DNA of 64,000 nucleotides from assembly GCA_951406725.2 (NCBI GenBank), contig OX597824.1, positions 41,974,001 through 42,038,000 of the forward strand, in the 5' to 3' direction. Positions 43,290 through 57,879 of the stretch are shown here, piece by piece. Origin of the DNA: Octopus vulgaris (taxonomy: Eukaryota). Position 1 is the stretch's first letter; every line of letters starts with the position of its first letter. Under the pieces are notes generated by a model, which was not told the origin of the DNA, searched no databases, and was given only the letters and a program-made list of their open reading frames with translations. The position numbers and the translations under genes were made by a program.

Positions 43290-44180
43290 AAGAGAGAGAG
43301 AGAGGGAGAGAGAAAGCGAGGGAGAGAGAGGGGGAGAGAGAAAGAGAAAGGTAGATATATATATACATATATACATATACATACACTCATACATACACAT
43401 AAACACTTATCCACAAACTTTTAAATATTTAAATATACGCAATTTAGCCACACATAAAGGGCACATTGATGTACACGCATACAAAACATAAATGAGAAAT
43501 GAGGGGAAAAATAACCCTGCGGTTATGCTTGTACTTCCCCATGCCATTTCATTATCTCTAGGTTGTAGGGTGATTTGCTATCGATTTATAGATTTAGAAT
43601 ATTCATGGAATATTTATTAAACCTATTATATTACTTGGTTTTGATTAACGCTTGAATAATCTACTGGTGCCTCTTCTCTTACTGCTTTATTACATTAGTG
43701 CTATTTTGAGTTTGGGGCTTCAAATGTCAAAATTAATTATACATTTCGTGCGTTATCTAGTTATGCTCATTACTCGATAAGTTATAAATACATACATACA
43801 TTCATTCATATACAAAATGATTCCCTTCATACATACATAAACACAGACACAAACAAGCACTCATACACAAACAAACAGGCTTACTTACAGAAACACACAT
43901 GCTATCGTAGTGTAAGAGTCATGAAACATATTGAACGCATATGTTACGCAGTGCAAGTACTCAGCACTCTGGTCAAAGTGCATAGATCAGTATATTATAT
44001 AAAATGCTAGCACTCTATTCACAGTTTCACCACGCGTTGGGCTGTTAACGTTTATGAAATATGGATTTTTCAGGCAGTCTTGAACAGCTCATTTCAACAT
44101 AAAATTATGAGTAGAGTATCGGTTTTCATATCTTAAGGACATCCTCTACTGGCCCGTGAGCATACAAACTCATACATTAT

Positions 44181-44232
<52 letters not shown>

Positions 44233-44258
44233 ATACATACACACACACACACACATAT

Positions 44259-44365
44259 GGAGATGCAATGGCCCAGTGGTTAGGGCAGCATGCGCCACAG
44301 AAACCGGGAAACCGGGCCCACGAGACTGGCTAAACTTGAAAAGGGGGCATAAATAAATAAATAAT
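44259..44365 (+). mobile_element. SINE family C internal-deletion derivative
   Basis: Head TGGCCCAGTGGTTAGGGCAGC joined to tail GCCACAGAAACCGGGAAACCGGGCCCA and (TAAA)n. Confidence 0.85.
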
Positions 44366-44493
44366 AATATATTATCGGTGGAGTGACGATTTCAAGAGGA
44401 CGATTGGGATCACGTGGATGAGAAAGGCGCGATCCAGAGAGAAGTGGACAGCGTGCTGTGACCAGCGGTGTCAAATGGATATATACATATATT

Positions 44494-44594
44494 AAATCAA
44501 AATAAGCAACAGGATATCCAGAGGTGATGCAGTACGACCGTTTCAAGCGCTCGTACTGCATCACCTCTGGATATCCTGTTGCTTATTTTGATTT
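44494..44594. repeat. Perfect inverted repeat, 44-bp arms, 13-nt loop
   Basis: AAATCAAAATAAGCAACAGGATATCCAGAGGTGATGCAGTACGA / ccgtttcaagcgc / exact reverse complement. Confidence 0.95.
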
Positions 44595-44689
44595 TATTCA
44601 CCGTAATTTGAAGTTGCGCGGTCAGTACCACACTAATTTTTGGTGCTTCAATTTAAGTACCTAATTCATCTCAATCTCAATTATTTTGC

Positions 44690-44779
<90 letters not shown>

Positions 44780-44939
44780 TTTTGTCTCCCTACATACATA
44801 TACATACGCACATAAATTTATGATGTAGTCAGTATTAGAAACAACATCAACAAATATCTGATATAGTTCACAACAGTTATATTTTTTTCAAGTAGAATCT
44901 TACATTTTGAAATGGTCTGTCTGTCTGTCTGCCTATCTG

Positions 44940-45042
<103 letters not shown>

Positions 45043-45534
45043 GTTTGTATATGGATATGCATGTATATATATATATATATATATGTATTTATTCTTATGT
45101 TTTCTTTCTAGTTCATTCATGTCTTCTGTTTTTTTTCGGCGCGTAAAAATAGATTACTGGAATTTCTAAGGGGAGATATTCCTTTATCTCACGTTGGCAT
45201 CGTGGTTTGTTTATAAAGTTTTACTTCTTTTGTGAGGTTGATAACGTCTGTCTGGAATGGTTGCATGTCCTTCCATTTCGTACACCTTAATACACTACAT
45301 TTTCTATTATTTATTCATTTTTTTTTGTCATAAACATTTTTATGTATAGTGCTCTGAAAGGCACAACTATTTTCTTCAAAGAGTTGGTATTTCAGTGTTT
45401 CTCCATCTCTTTAACCAAATAGTCTCTGCATACTCGAAGTTCTCTACTAACTGACAATTGCTCTGACTACCTGAAGGTTCTGTGCACCCACAAACGAAAC
45501 TCAAAGCAGCAAGACTAACTCGACTAAAAGAATG

Positions 45535-45565
<31 letters not shown>

Positions 45566-46189
45566 GAACACACACGCACGCACACACGAACACACACACA
45601 CACACACATTCTTACACATTCACATACACACATACACATATCTGTGAGAAATTTCCCATGCGCTTATATGCTTCGTCGTTGGTATAGAGATGATACAGTC
45701 GAGGCTTTAGCATATATCTATAGACTTTAGCAAGCACTGTATGTAACAGACAAATGTAAACGTCTTGTCTGTATATGAATATAATAAATTTATATATTCG
45801 TGAACACAGAAAGACGTATCGATCATACGATTGTCAATTCTATATTGGGATTTCATCAACAAACGAGTATCATTGAAAACATTATTGATAAACTCTCTAT
45901 AACTAATTGATTAGACATAATGTATATAAACGCATTCTTGGCAGTTACATTAATAAAATATTTGCACGTTCGGAGTTTTTTAGTTTAACTGATTTAGTTA
46001 AATAATATTTCTGTTTATTCGATTAACTGACGAATTTTAAAATAGTAGGTTGTAAGCAGTGTTTCCAGGAATAGTTAAAGAGTGAACTTAGTTCTTTGAA
46101 ACAAGTTCAGCTGACCCCATGTTTTTTCCTCTCCGTTGAAATACTGTTTTAACAAATAACTTTTTATTATATAGGGTGCAGTATTCACT

Positions 46190-46506
46190 CTATATTGAGT
46201 GAGAAAACGGTATGGACGGATTTTTGGAGTCCAATAATATCCTGTACACCTATTTGATTATGAAGATTTACAAACATACTTTCTCAGTGATACTCAGTTT
46301 ACCCACCATTATAAATAATACCAAATGTTCTTTCTCAGACCTTTCATAATGTGATACAAGTCTTTGGTGTAGCAATTGCATGCGGCTGAGGAGAGCTTTA
46401 AACTATCTGTTATGTTGATTATACATTGATGTAAGAATATGTTTGTTTTATAAAGCTCGAAACATGTGTACCGCGACATCCTTTGTGTTCTGTTTTTTAT
46501 TTCATT

Positions 46507-46510
<4 letters not shown>
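46190..46510 (+). mobile_element. PLE-like fragment, second copy of the 29040-29355 family
   Basis: Colinear homology over about 300 bp; both copies end TTTTATTTCATTTGATA followed by microsatellite. Confidence 0.8.
46381..46475 (+). ncRNA. Type-I hammerhead motif with intact canonical core
   Basis: tgcgg CTGAGGA gagcttta [50 nt] taaagctc GAAA catgtg TA ccgcg. Confidence 0.75.
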
Positions 46511-46567
<57 letters not shown>

Positions 46568-47349
46568 CATACATACATACATATAATGCCTATCATTGTT
46601 TCAAGTAAAGTGGAGGAACTGTTAAAATATCCAAAATATGAAAATATAAAATCTCTCATCAAAGATTTGTAAATATCAACAACAATAACAATATTAATGA
46701 ACGGAAAACAATCCTTGAGATTTATATTTCTTTAATGAAGGATAATATATTTTCATATAAAAGGTATGTGACAGCTCCACTTGCTCCTTTGCTGAGATAT
46801 GTTGGAAATATTTTAGAAAAACCTAGATATAATTAACGACAACTTGAATGCTAAATAATTATGAAATAGTATAACAAAAATGTCTGCCATAGAAATTATT
46901 CTTTGTTACAAGTTTTTACCTTCCATATAAAACATTTAATCTTTATAATTTGTTAAAGATTATCGACCAACCGGATGAAGATATATCGACACTCGATCAC
47001 ATAAAAAAATAATGGTTTTAATAACTAAAATATGTATATTAGCACTAAACATACTGGATTTTACGAAAATTTAAAGAATCCTAATCAGTTATATTCACGC
47101 ATGTATAAAGCAGTTTAAGCGCTGATTATTTATTTAAAATATGTGACCGTAGCTAGTGCTTCATATTTACATTGTCTCCGAGTTCAAGGCAATAATGACA
47201 TTGCTTCATGCTGATTTATATCCCCCACACACACATACACAGGCACGCACACACGCGCGCACACTCACACGCACATTGTAAGAAGCATACATACATACCT
47301 ACAATCACATAAACGTTACATTCTACAGAAATTCGGAAGCAATACATAT

Positions 47350-47396
<47 letters not shown>

Positions 47397-47430
47397 TATA
47401 TACATATCTATCTATCTATTTATCTATCTA

Positions 47431-47465
<35 letters not shown>

Positions 47466-47569
47466 TACATGTACGTAATTTTATATATATGTGTTTGTGT
47501 TTGTGCGTGTTGTGTGTGTGTATACATGCATATATTCATAGGCATATATATATATATATATATATAGAC

Positions 47570-47638
<69 letters not shown>

Positions 47639-48013
47639 TGTATATATATATATATAATATATATATATATATTGATACATAGTTCATAGAGCCTTCATTT
47701 CCGTGCCTCCAAGAGGATTTTCATTTATTGTCAACAAACTTTTCAAATTACTTTTATCTCTTGTATTTATCTCCACAATATTGAAATATTTCCGTGTTTT
47801 CCTTCCTTCCTCTGTTTTTTTCGTATTTTTTTCTTCTCTCGTTTCATCTTGACGCTTCTTATATTTATTCCTGATATTTTTTGCCCTTCAAAACCGAAAT
47901 TGTCTTCTCATTCAGTTCTTATTCCTTAATTTACAACAATTTTTACAAACACGTAGATATTTTCTCATGCCTCTTTCTCATCTTCTCTTTCTCTAGTTCT
48001 CTCTCTCACTCAC

Positions 48014-48050
<37 letters not shown>

Positions 48051-48173
48051 AGCCTTCTTAGACCATCTTTCAAATTCAATACAATACATACATATAAACG
48101 ACAAATATTTATATAATATTTATTATACAATATAGTATATGTGTATATATACATAAATAGCTACACGTATATG

Positions 48174-48257
<84 letters not shown>

Positions 48258-48603
48258 TATGTACATACGTACATACATACATATTTGTAACTACATATGT
48301 GTATACATACACACACACGCGTGTACGAACGCACACTTAATAGCATATTTAGAAACTGCTGAATAAGTATACAAGCGTTTTTTATGTGTCCGTATGTGAA
48401 ATGTTTTTATAGGTTTACAAACAAGGGAACAAAGAAGAGAAGACTCAATACTTGAAATATAGAATTTTATTTATTCGCTTATTTACTTATTTATCCCTTC
48501 ATTCCAAGCCGTAGCCTCGCTGATTTGGCTTCGTGTGTGAGTGTGTGTATGTCTGTGTATAATATATAGTATTCATATATGTACATATATATTATATATT
48601 ATT

Positions 48604-48668
<65 letters not shown>

Positions 48669-48833
48669 ACATGCTTAAGCGTGTGATTGCATAGATGCAT
48701 TCAATTATTCCTTCTCCCAATTAGAACTCTGTGCTATATTATTTGCACGTCTTCTTGCACCATAAACATTTGCATTGCAAGCCGTGTCAAAGGAACCACC
48801 CGCGTGAAAAAACTAGCAATATGATGGTGATGA

Positions 48834-48943
<110 letters not shown>

Positions 48944-49685
48944 GTAAATCTTTTTTTGTGAAAATAAAAAAAACACAAACTCTCTTGTATTCGAGTTTAT
49001 CCGCTAGAGTGGTATATAATTTTTCTTGTTAAAGTTCGCTCCCTAAGGAACGGTTTTTATATCTCTACCTATTTTTTTTTCAAATTGTTTCCATTCACCC
49101 CCAGACCTCTTTCAAAATAAGCTACCCGCCTCCATCGACTCTCACCCCCACCCTCATCGCATTTTATATCCCTATCCTTGAAACAGCAGATATGTTGTAT
49201 AAATACATACGTAGATACTTACATACATGCATACATATACACACACATACATATATATGCCTATATATGTGTACATATATACATTTACATATATACTTAG
49301 TATGTACATATATGTGTATATATATATATATATATATGTATGTATATATATATATATACAGACACAACAACAAACTAAATAAAACAATCAGTTCCGTCAT
49401 CATTATATTAACCCTCTCATTTCCAGAATGTATAAACACATACAACTGGCAGACACGAACACTCAAACATGTATACATGCATACATACACATATGCATAC
49501 ACACATATGCATACATACACACACACGCACACACACACGCTCACACACACGCGCACACACACACACACATATATATATATTAATATATATATACATACAT
49601 ATATATATGAATATATATACATACATATATATATGTATATATATATTTATGTGTGTATATATATATGTATATATATATATGTATA

Positions 49686-49752
<67 letters not shown>

Positions 49753-49996
49753 GTGTGTGTGTGTGTGTATAGGGAGAGTACAAACAGATGTATTAGTATA
49801 ACGCTCAGGATATTGAAAGAGTCTTTTACGTTTCGAGCCTAAAACGAACGTATGGATGTATATAGATCATATGATGGCTTAGCAGGACGAAACGTCGAAG
49901 TTACTGTCAATAACATTTCTCATAAAAAATGTACTCAACTAAATACTCTTGAGTAATTATTCAATTTAAAGTAAACTTGTTATTATAACTGAATAT

Positions 49997-50168
49997 AAGG
50001 CGTCGAACTGGCAGAATCATTATGGCGCCAGCCAAATTGCTTAGCGGTATTTTGACCATCTTTAAGTTATGTGTTTAGAATTCCGCTAACGCCGATTTTG
50101 CCTTTCATCCTTTCGAGGTCGCCCCTTTCCCAAAATTTGAGGCTTTGCACCTCTTGTATAAAAGATTA
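49997..50168 (+). mobile_element. SINE family B, decayed
   Basis: AAGGCGTCGAACTGGCAGAATC...TTTGCCTTTCATCCTTTCGAGGTCG. Confidence 0.8.
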
Positions 50169-50502
50169 CAACGTAAGTACAAACAATACACGCGCGCGCG
50201 CAATTGTTTGCAGGAACCTGTAGAATCAGGGTATTATTTTTACTAAAGTTATCATGGACTTTTTCGATTGTTGCTGAGATTAAGGGAGTCAAAATACATT
50301 TTAAATTATGTCCAAATCTTAAGTGTTAAACTTTATATTGAAATTTAAATTCACCTGAAGAAAACGGCTTTTGTCATGATGCAGTTGATTCGTTCAAGTA
50401 AAAAAAAAACCTATAACAGCTGCAGTGAACCTCAGCCTATTATGTTTTCATATATTTATGGATATATACATATACATACACATACATACATACATACATA
50501 CA

Positions 50503-50534
<32 letters not shown>

Positions 50535-50566
50535 CATATACATATATATATATAAATATATATATG

Positions 50567-50762
50567 TAACGGGAAAGTTTACGAAAATAAACAAAAGACG
50601 AAGGCAGGTGGAGTACAAACAAACAAATGTATTAGAATAGAAATAGAAATAGAATAGAAATAGAAATAGAAAAAGTCTTTTACATTTCGAGCCTACGCTC
50701 TTCGACAGAAAGATACACAGAAAAAACAAGGAGAGAAAAAAATGCGTGTAGGAGCTAACGAT
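50567..50762 (-). mobile_element. PLE-like fragment, CUGUNGA hammerhead family
   Basis: Minus 50713-50676: tcttt CTGTCGA a gagc gtag gctc GAAA tg TA aaaga. Inserted in (TA)n. Confidence 0.7.
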
Positions 50763-51087
50763 GTATATATATATTTATATATATATAAATTCATACGTGT
50801 ATACATTTGCGCTAATCTTACAACATTAAGAGTATTTTAACTTTAATTTTAGCAATGTTGGTGCTTTCACATCCTTAGTCACACTTAGAGATCATTGAAA
50901 CCTATACACACACGCGCGCACGCACACGCACGTACACACATATACAAATATATATATATATATATATATATAATTACATATATATATATATATATATATA
51001 TTTAGGTATGCATATATATATATATATATATATTTAGGTATGCATATATATATATACACCTATGTATATATATAGATACACATATAT

Positions 51088-51169
51088 CTAGCAAAAACTG
51101 TCTGATGAACGGCAACGAGAAACTCAGAGTAATAGATTTTGTTGAATTTTCTGCTGCTTTAAATAAAGC
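51088..51169 (+). mobile_element. 82-bp hammerhead-containing insertion between 16-bp direct repeats
   Basis: ctgt CTGATGA acg gcaa cga GAAA ctcagag TA atag ... AATAAA. ATAGATACACATATAT at 51072-51087 and 51170-51185. Confidence 0.7.
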
Positions 51170-51274
51170 ATAGATACACATATATATATATTTATGTCAT
51201 ATCATGCTATTTTACATAATATTGAGGCCTCATTCATTCTTTTGTTGTCATATTATTATTATTAATATATTTAC

Positions 51275-51310
<36 letters not shown>

Positions 51311-51339
51311 GTGTGTGTATAGACACATATACACCGCCC

Positions 51340-51432
<93 letters not shown>

Positions 51433-51996
51433 AAATATATAGGAATACCTCAATTTAAGTTCTTTGGAGTTACGTTTTTGCCGACGTTACCTCATTTTTT
51501 TTTAAAGAAATTAGTGGGAAGAGTAAACCTTAATTTCAATCGATTTATCAGATTTTACATCGGTTTCAGTGAACATATTTGAAAGCGTAAATATTTTTAA
51601 AAAGCCTCTAAAAACCAATATTGAAGTGGAAATCAAATAAAATACACGTGAAAAATATATACGTACAATTTATTAAAATGGTTATCGGGTAATAAAGGTT
51701 TTGAAATGTTTTTATGTGCAACGTTGTTTTCCAGTTAAATTGCTTGTCATGGAACCAATCATCGACATTAATTGAGGAATGCCTGTGCACACACACATCC
51801 ACGCACACACACGCACACACACATACACACAGTTACACCCAGAAGTACGCATATAAACACATGCAATCGCACACATACAAATGCATATATACACATGCAT
51901 ATTAACATATCAATGCATATGAATATATATATATATATATTATATTATACATATATATGTATACATAACTAAATGCATATATAAATTCACACACAA

Positions 51997-52035
<39 letters not shown>

Positions 52036-52045
52036 CATACATATG

Positions 52046-52101
<56 letters not shown>

Positions 52102-52844
52102 AATACAGTATCAGAGAGAAAAAGAGGGAATAGATAGATAGATAGAGAGAGAGAGAGAGAAAGAGAAAGAGAGAGAGAGAGAGAACTGTAACCCTTCATT
52201 TCTCACCCTTTCGCTATTTGCTTTCACATCTTAATTTGCATGCATCTTTAAGAACTTAAGACCTCACTAAACACTTGTCCAGCTTACTTCTTGTTTCATT
52301 ATTCATTTTCTTATAGTCTCTTCAATCATTTAGTCAATTATTTATTTATTCATGTCTCTCTCTTTTTCACCATCTACCACTGTATCCAATAAACAAACTT
52401 TCACTCAATTTAACTATAAAAAAGATAAATGAATCTACCTTTGTGGTAGCCATGATTTCAAAGTTATCTTTAAATACTTCATTCAGCCATCATCGATAGG
52501 ACCACTTTCGGACACGTAACAGCTGAAGTTTTTTCATCGCTAATTCGGAAGTTATTCTGAAGGCACATATTACAAACTGCTACTTAACATATCTAATAAA
52601 GACCGTCTCTTCTGAAAACTATGGAGATAAAATTTGACATGTGGCGACAAACTGAAAATAACTCAGTTCACTTTTTATTTGTTAAGAATTGTGGTTGGTA
52701 GGTTGGTAAATGATCTAGTATTTTCCCGTAAAACAGAAGGAGCTCTAAGTAATTTGGAACATTTCTCTTAAAATTTAGTGCTTTGGTTGGAGTAATGCTT
52801 CTGTTTCTGCCCTAACTATTTATCTTTCAATATGCATTGAATGT

Positions 52845-53020
52845 AAGGTGGCGATCTTAGTAGTATTTCGTCCGTTTTTATGTTCAAATTCCGCTGCGGT
52901 TGATTTTGCCTTTCATCGTTTCGGGGTCGCTAAAATAAATATCAGTTGAGCACTGGGGCCGATGTAATCGACTTAGTCTCTTCCCCCAAACTTGCTGCCT
53001 TGTGCCAAAAATTGAAAGCA
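52845..53020 (+). mobile_element. SINE family B, decayed
   Basis: GTTCAAATTCCGC...TTTGCCTTTCATCGTTTCGGGGTCG...GATGTAATCGACTT. Confidence 0.8.
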
Positions 53021-54269
53021 ATACTTATTGAATGTGAACATTCTCAGCCTACATCATTAATAGTCAAATTAATAATAAATGTAAAATGAAAATTATTCGA
53101 AATTCACTCTGCACAATAACTCAGTCGGAAGAAACTGAGAGGGTGATACTAAATAAGAAACGACGGGTTTAATTCAATAATAATAACAATAATAAAATGA
53201 TTGTAAGATACCCAAACAAGGTATGCGATAAAAGAAAAAGATATGTGAATGGATTTCAACTTGTCACATGTTATAAGGGATACTATTTAATTTCCATCAC
53301 ATATGTGCTAATTAGTTTTACGGACCTGTGTCCAGTCTTGACGGATAAAAAACGATAAACTTATAACAGATGAAAATTTTACGATAGATTCTACGTGACG
53401 AACGGGCCCAAGAATGGGCCAATACGTGTAGCACAATAGGGGTCGGAAATAATGAGGAGCTCTAAAAGAGTAAATGACTAGACTTCAGTGAAGAATTTTT
53501 TTTTTTGTTACCTTACCGTAAAGCTAGGATTAACTTATCGTCAGTGCACACAATTTATTCAATTATGTGAAATATATTAGTGTATACACTGTACACAAAC
53601 TTTACAACAGTAAATACGATTGACAAGGCCTTGACCGAAACGTCGAGACTCACCTCTCCTCGCGGCACAAGAACTTGTCGTTTTTTTGTTTTACTTTTCT
53701 TAAAAAATGAGAAAAAAACATGTTTTCATTGCTTAATGTAGATACATGCATAGGTGGTGACTAATATTGTAAAATGACAGGCTGACAGAGTGACACAAAC
53801 AGACAGACAACCCAAGGAGACAGAGATGAGGGAGACATCCTGCCATTAAGACGTTGGATGTGGTCTCTCTGTTGACTGGGGATCGGCGTGACAGAAGTGC
53901 GGTGAGGTATATTTGAAAAATAACAATCTCTTAAGAATTTTTCTCATTTTCTATTCTTTCTACCCCCACCGTCAGAACCAATGCGTTCAAAAAGATTCAA
54001 ACTCAACCTCATCTCCCCACTACATGTACCTCACTGAAATTATATCAATTAAATGCTTAAAACTTCAAGTGATGCCCCAGCGGTTATGTATCATTTGTTA
54101 ATCATTGATATTATACGGATCTTAGACGGCTATAAAACACCAAGAAAAATATCAGAAATGCGTTTTAAACATAGAAATTCACCGTTTAATTTATACTTTT
54201 ATGTATTCCGTATAGTTATATGTACTGGATGTACACACATACACACACATGTGAAATATACACACGTAT

Positions 54270-54316
<47 letters not shown>

Positions 54317-55324
54317 CAAATGCATTCATAAATATATATGCATATGAATATATATTGTATATACTAGCGTATATGAAAGCAATATGCATGTATTCACACA
54401 CACACACACACACATACCCACGCGCGCGCACACACACAAACACACACACGCACATACACATATATATGCATATAAATATATATTATCCTTTAAAAAGCGT
54501 ATATGAATGCATTATGTATGTATACACACACACACACACATAGATGTATATAAATGTATACGCATCCATACCTTTATAACTGCTTAGCCTGTGTATATAT
54601 ATCAGTGTAGAGTGTATTGTATCTGTGTGTGTTAACATGAGAAGTGAGAGAATAGGTGGGAGTAAGAACAAGAGAGTAAAAACCGTTCTCTCTTTAGAGC
54701 CCACTAACACCCTCGGGTTCAGCAAATATTTAATATACGCACACACACATATACTCTCTCCCTCTTACTCTCTCACTCTCTCTCACACATGTATTCATAG
54801 GAGGCATGCATATATTTTGAAATTCTCTTCACATGTATATAATTATTGATGTATATCATTATATACACATTTATGATTACAATATACATATATATCTGTA
54901 TGTGTGTATCTGTGTGCGTGTGCGCATAAACGTATATAAGTGTGAATATGTGCATGTCTTTGAGTGTGTGTGCGTGTATGTAAGTACATACACACATATA
55001 TATGTACTCACAGACAAGTAATGTAAAAAACAAAGCTAAAATAGCTTGCACTGCAGGAGATACCCTTCTTCAGTTGCCAACTGCAAATCATAGCCATTTT
55101 AGCCGCCCTTCAGCGATACTTAGCAGTATTGATAGTACTTGAAAACGTCCAGTTTTATTTTGTTCTGCATAAGTAACATGTTTTATTTTCTGTTATCCAT
55201 TAATCCACCACTAAGCACCGGGTGCAGCTGTAACCACTCCAACCTAATACCTGCGTAGTTGACTGTGATCTCGATTTCACATAAATATGAAAACATCGCT
55301 TTGGCTTCATGGAATAATTCTTTT

Positions 55325-56690
55325 TGAGATTGGCATAATGCCAGCTATTTCAAGCGAAGAAGCAAGTCGATTTCTCCTACCTGGTACTTGAGTGGTATTT
55401 ACTTCATCGGCGCCAAATGGAGATGAAGGGCATTGTCGCCCATGGCAAAATTAGAACTCAGAACGTAAAGAGCCACAAGAAATGCCGCTGAGCTAAGGTT
55501 TCTGCCAGCTTAAAAGACTTGAAAGCTTAATGAAAAAAAAAATAATAATAATAATTGTCTCAAATTTTGGCACAAGTCCAGCAAGTTCAGGGAAGCGGAT
55601 AAACCGATTACACCGATTCCAGTGTTTTACTGGTGCATATTTTATCGACCCCGAAAGAATGAAAGGTAAAGTAAACCCCGAAGTAAATTTGAACTGGGAA
55701 CGTCAAGACTGACGACATTCCGCTAAGTATTTTGCCCGGCGTGCCAACGATTCTGCCATCTCATCGCCTTATTTTATCCTTTCGGGGTTGATAAAATAAA
55801 TACCAGTTGAACAATGGGGTGGATGTAATCGACTCATCCCTCCCCCCCAAATTGCTACCCTTGTGGCAAAATTTGAAACTATCAACTATTAGCACGCCGG
55901 GCGAAATGCTTACCGGTATTTCGTCTGCCGTTACGTTCTGAGTTCAAATTTCGCCGAGGTCGACTTTGCCTTTCATCCTTTCGGGGTCGATTAAATAAGT
56001 ACCAGTTACGCACTGTGGTCGATATAATCGACTTAATCCATTTGTCTGTCCTTGTTTGTCCTTTCTGTGTTTAACCCCTTGTGGGTAGTAAAGAAATAGG
56101 TATTTCGTCTGCCGCTACGTTCTGAGTTCAAATTCCGCCGAGGTCAACTTTGCCTTTCATCCTTTCGGGGTCGATTAAATAAGTACTAGTTATGCACTGG
56201 GGTCGATGTAATCGACTTAATTCGTTTGTCTGTCCTTGTTTGTTCTGTCTGTGTTTAGCCCCTTGTGGGTAGTAAAGAAATAGGTATTTTGCCTGTCGCT
56301 AAGTCCCGAGTTCAAATTCCGCCGACGTTGACTTTGCCTTTCATCCTTTCGAGATCGATTAAATAAATACCAGTTGAGTACTGGGGAGGATGTAATGGAC
56401 TATCCGCCTCCACCAAAACTTCAGGCCTTGTGCCTATAGTTAAAAAGATTATGATAAAGAATGCTAAAGCATCGAGCTGGCAGAATCGTTAGCTCTTCGG
56501 AAAAAAAGAGCACTGCGTTATTTGTTCCAGCTCTTCGCATTTAAAGTTCTGTTTCCACTGAGGTCAACTTTGCCTTTTATCTTTTTGGGATCGACAGAAT
56601 AATTTACCAGTCAAGTACAGGGGTCGACGGTATCGACTTGTCCACTCCCCTCCAAAATTTGCTGGCCTTTTTCTTAATTCAGACATCATT
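55325..56690. mobile_element. SINE family B cluster (2 minus copies, then a plus-strand fragment, trimer and old copy)
   Basis: At least 7 family B cores; junctions GTAAAGAAATA|GGTATTT at 56098/56099 and 56282/56283. Confidence 0.88.
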
Positions 56691-57802
56691 ATTGCTTTAC
56701 GTATGTAACTAATAAATTAGTACTATTCTTGGTTCGTAATCCAAAATCTTCCTCGGAACAAATTTTGTTTATAAACTGAGATGTAGTAATACAACCTGGC
56801 AGGTCACATTATTAAGTAATAAATTTAAAGTTTCTACTACTTTTAGTTCTACATAAAGGTCACATGCAGTTGGCCATGCTTTTAGCAAATATACAACTAT
56901 ATCATATCGCTAACCTTCACACATGTCATATATAGAAAGTATGTACGCGCGCGCGTAGTGTGTACGTGTGTGTGCATGATAATTTCCATCTGCCTTCTTT
57001 TCGATGTAGTTTTGTATCACTTGGGGATAAATCTATTGTAAGTATTAATACGCTGTCTTCGTTTTCATTTTGATCTGTAGCTTCTGTTATATGTCTTGAC
57101 TTTGCTCTAATTCATACCCATTTTTTTTTCATTAATAGCCAGCTCAAATATTCCTGCGTCTTTACCCACTTCCCCCCCTCTCTCTCTATTTCGCCCGCTG
57201 TCTTCTCATCTGAGCTTCAAGTGTCTCTTGAGATCCTCTGAGACGAAGTATCAGTAACTTGAGATCGTCTTGTTGATGTTATGTCCGTGGCGTAACTTGG
57301 TGTGTTGTATCTAATCTTCACTGCTCTTGCTCCCCATTGTTCATCCGCTTTTCTCTGATTTACACTTCTATTCCGTTCCACGGCTGAAAAGAAAATGCTA
57401 ACATATTTCATTCTTATGTCTGGATCAGCCTTTTAAGCCACGGACTTCTTTAAAATCATGCTCTTCATATTTTCCACGCTTTAACCCGTTGTATGTTTTG
57501 TTAGATCATGTGTCATCAAACATTACGATAATAAATGTTCATTTTGAAATTACATTATATTTTCCTGTGTCAAATCTTTATTTTTTTTACAGCCATTCAA
57601 TTATAAAATGTTAGGTTCCCATACTAATCTTTGTTTGTGTAAGATTGTTAAATTGTAACATTTACCCAATTGCGATATGTTATGAATAGTTGTGATGTAC
57701 ATCTTGTTATCCACTGATTCCCATTTAAACTTTACGCTCTCTCCCTCTCTCTCTCTCGCATACACATGCACACACACAGATATGTATGCATGCATACATA
57801 CA

Positions 57803-57879
<77 letters not shown>

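Noticed and set aside
44494-44594. Conserved miRNA precursor
   Set aside because: Perfect arms with no bulges and no match to conserved miRNAs I recall; better explained as a TE fold-back.
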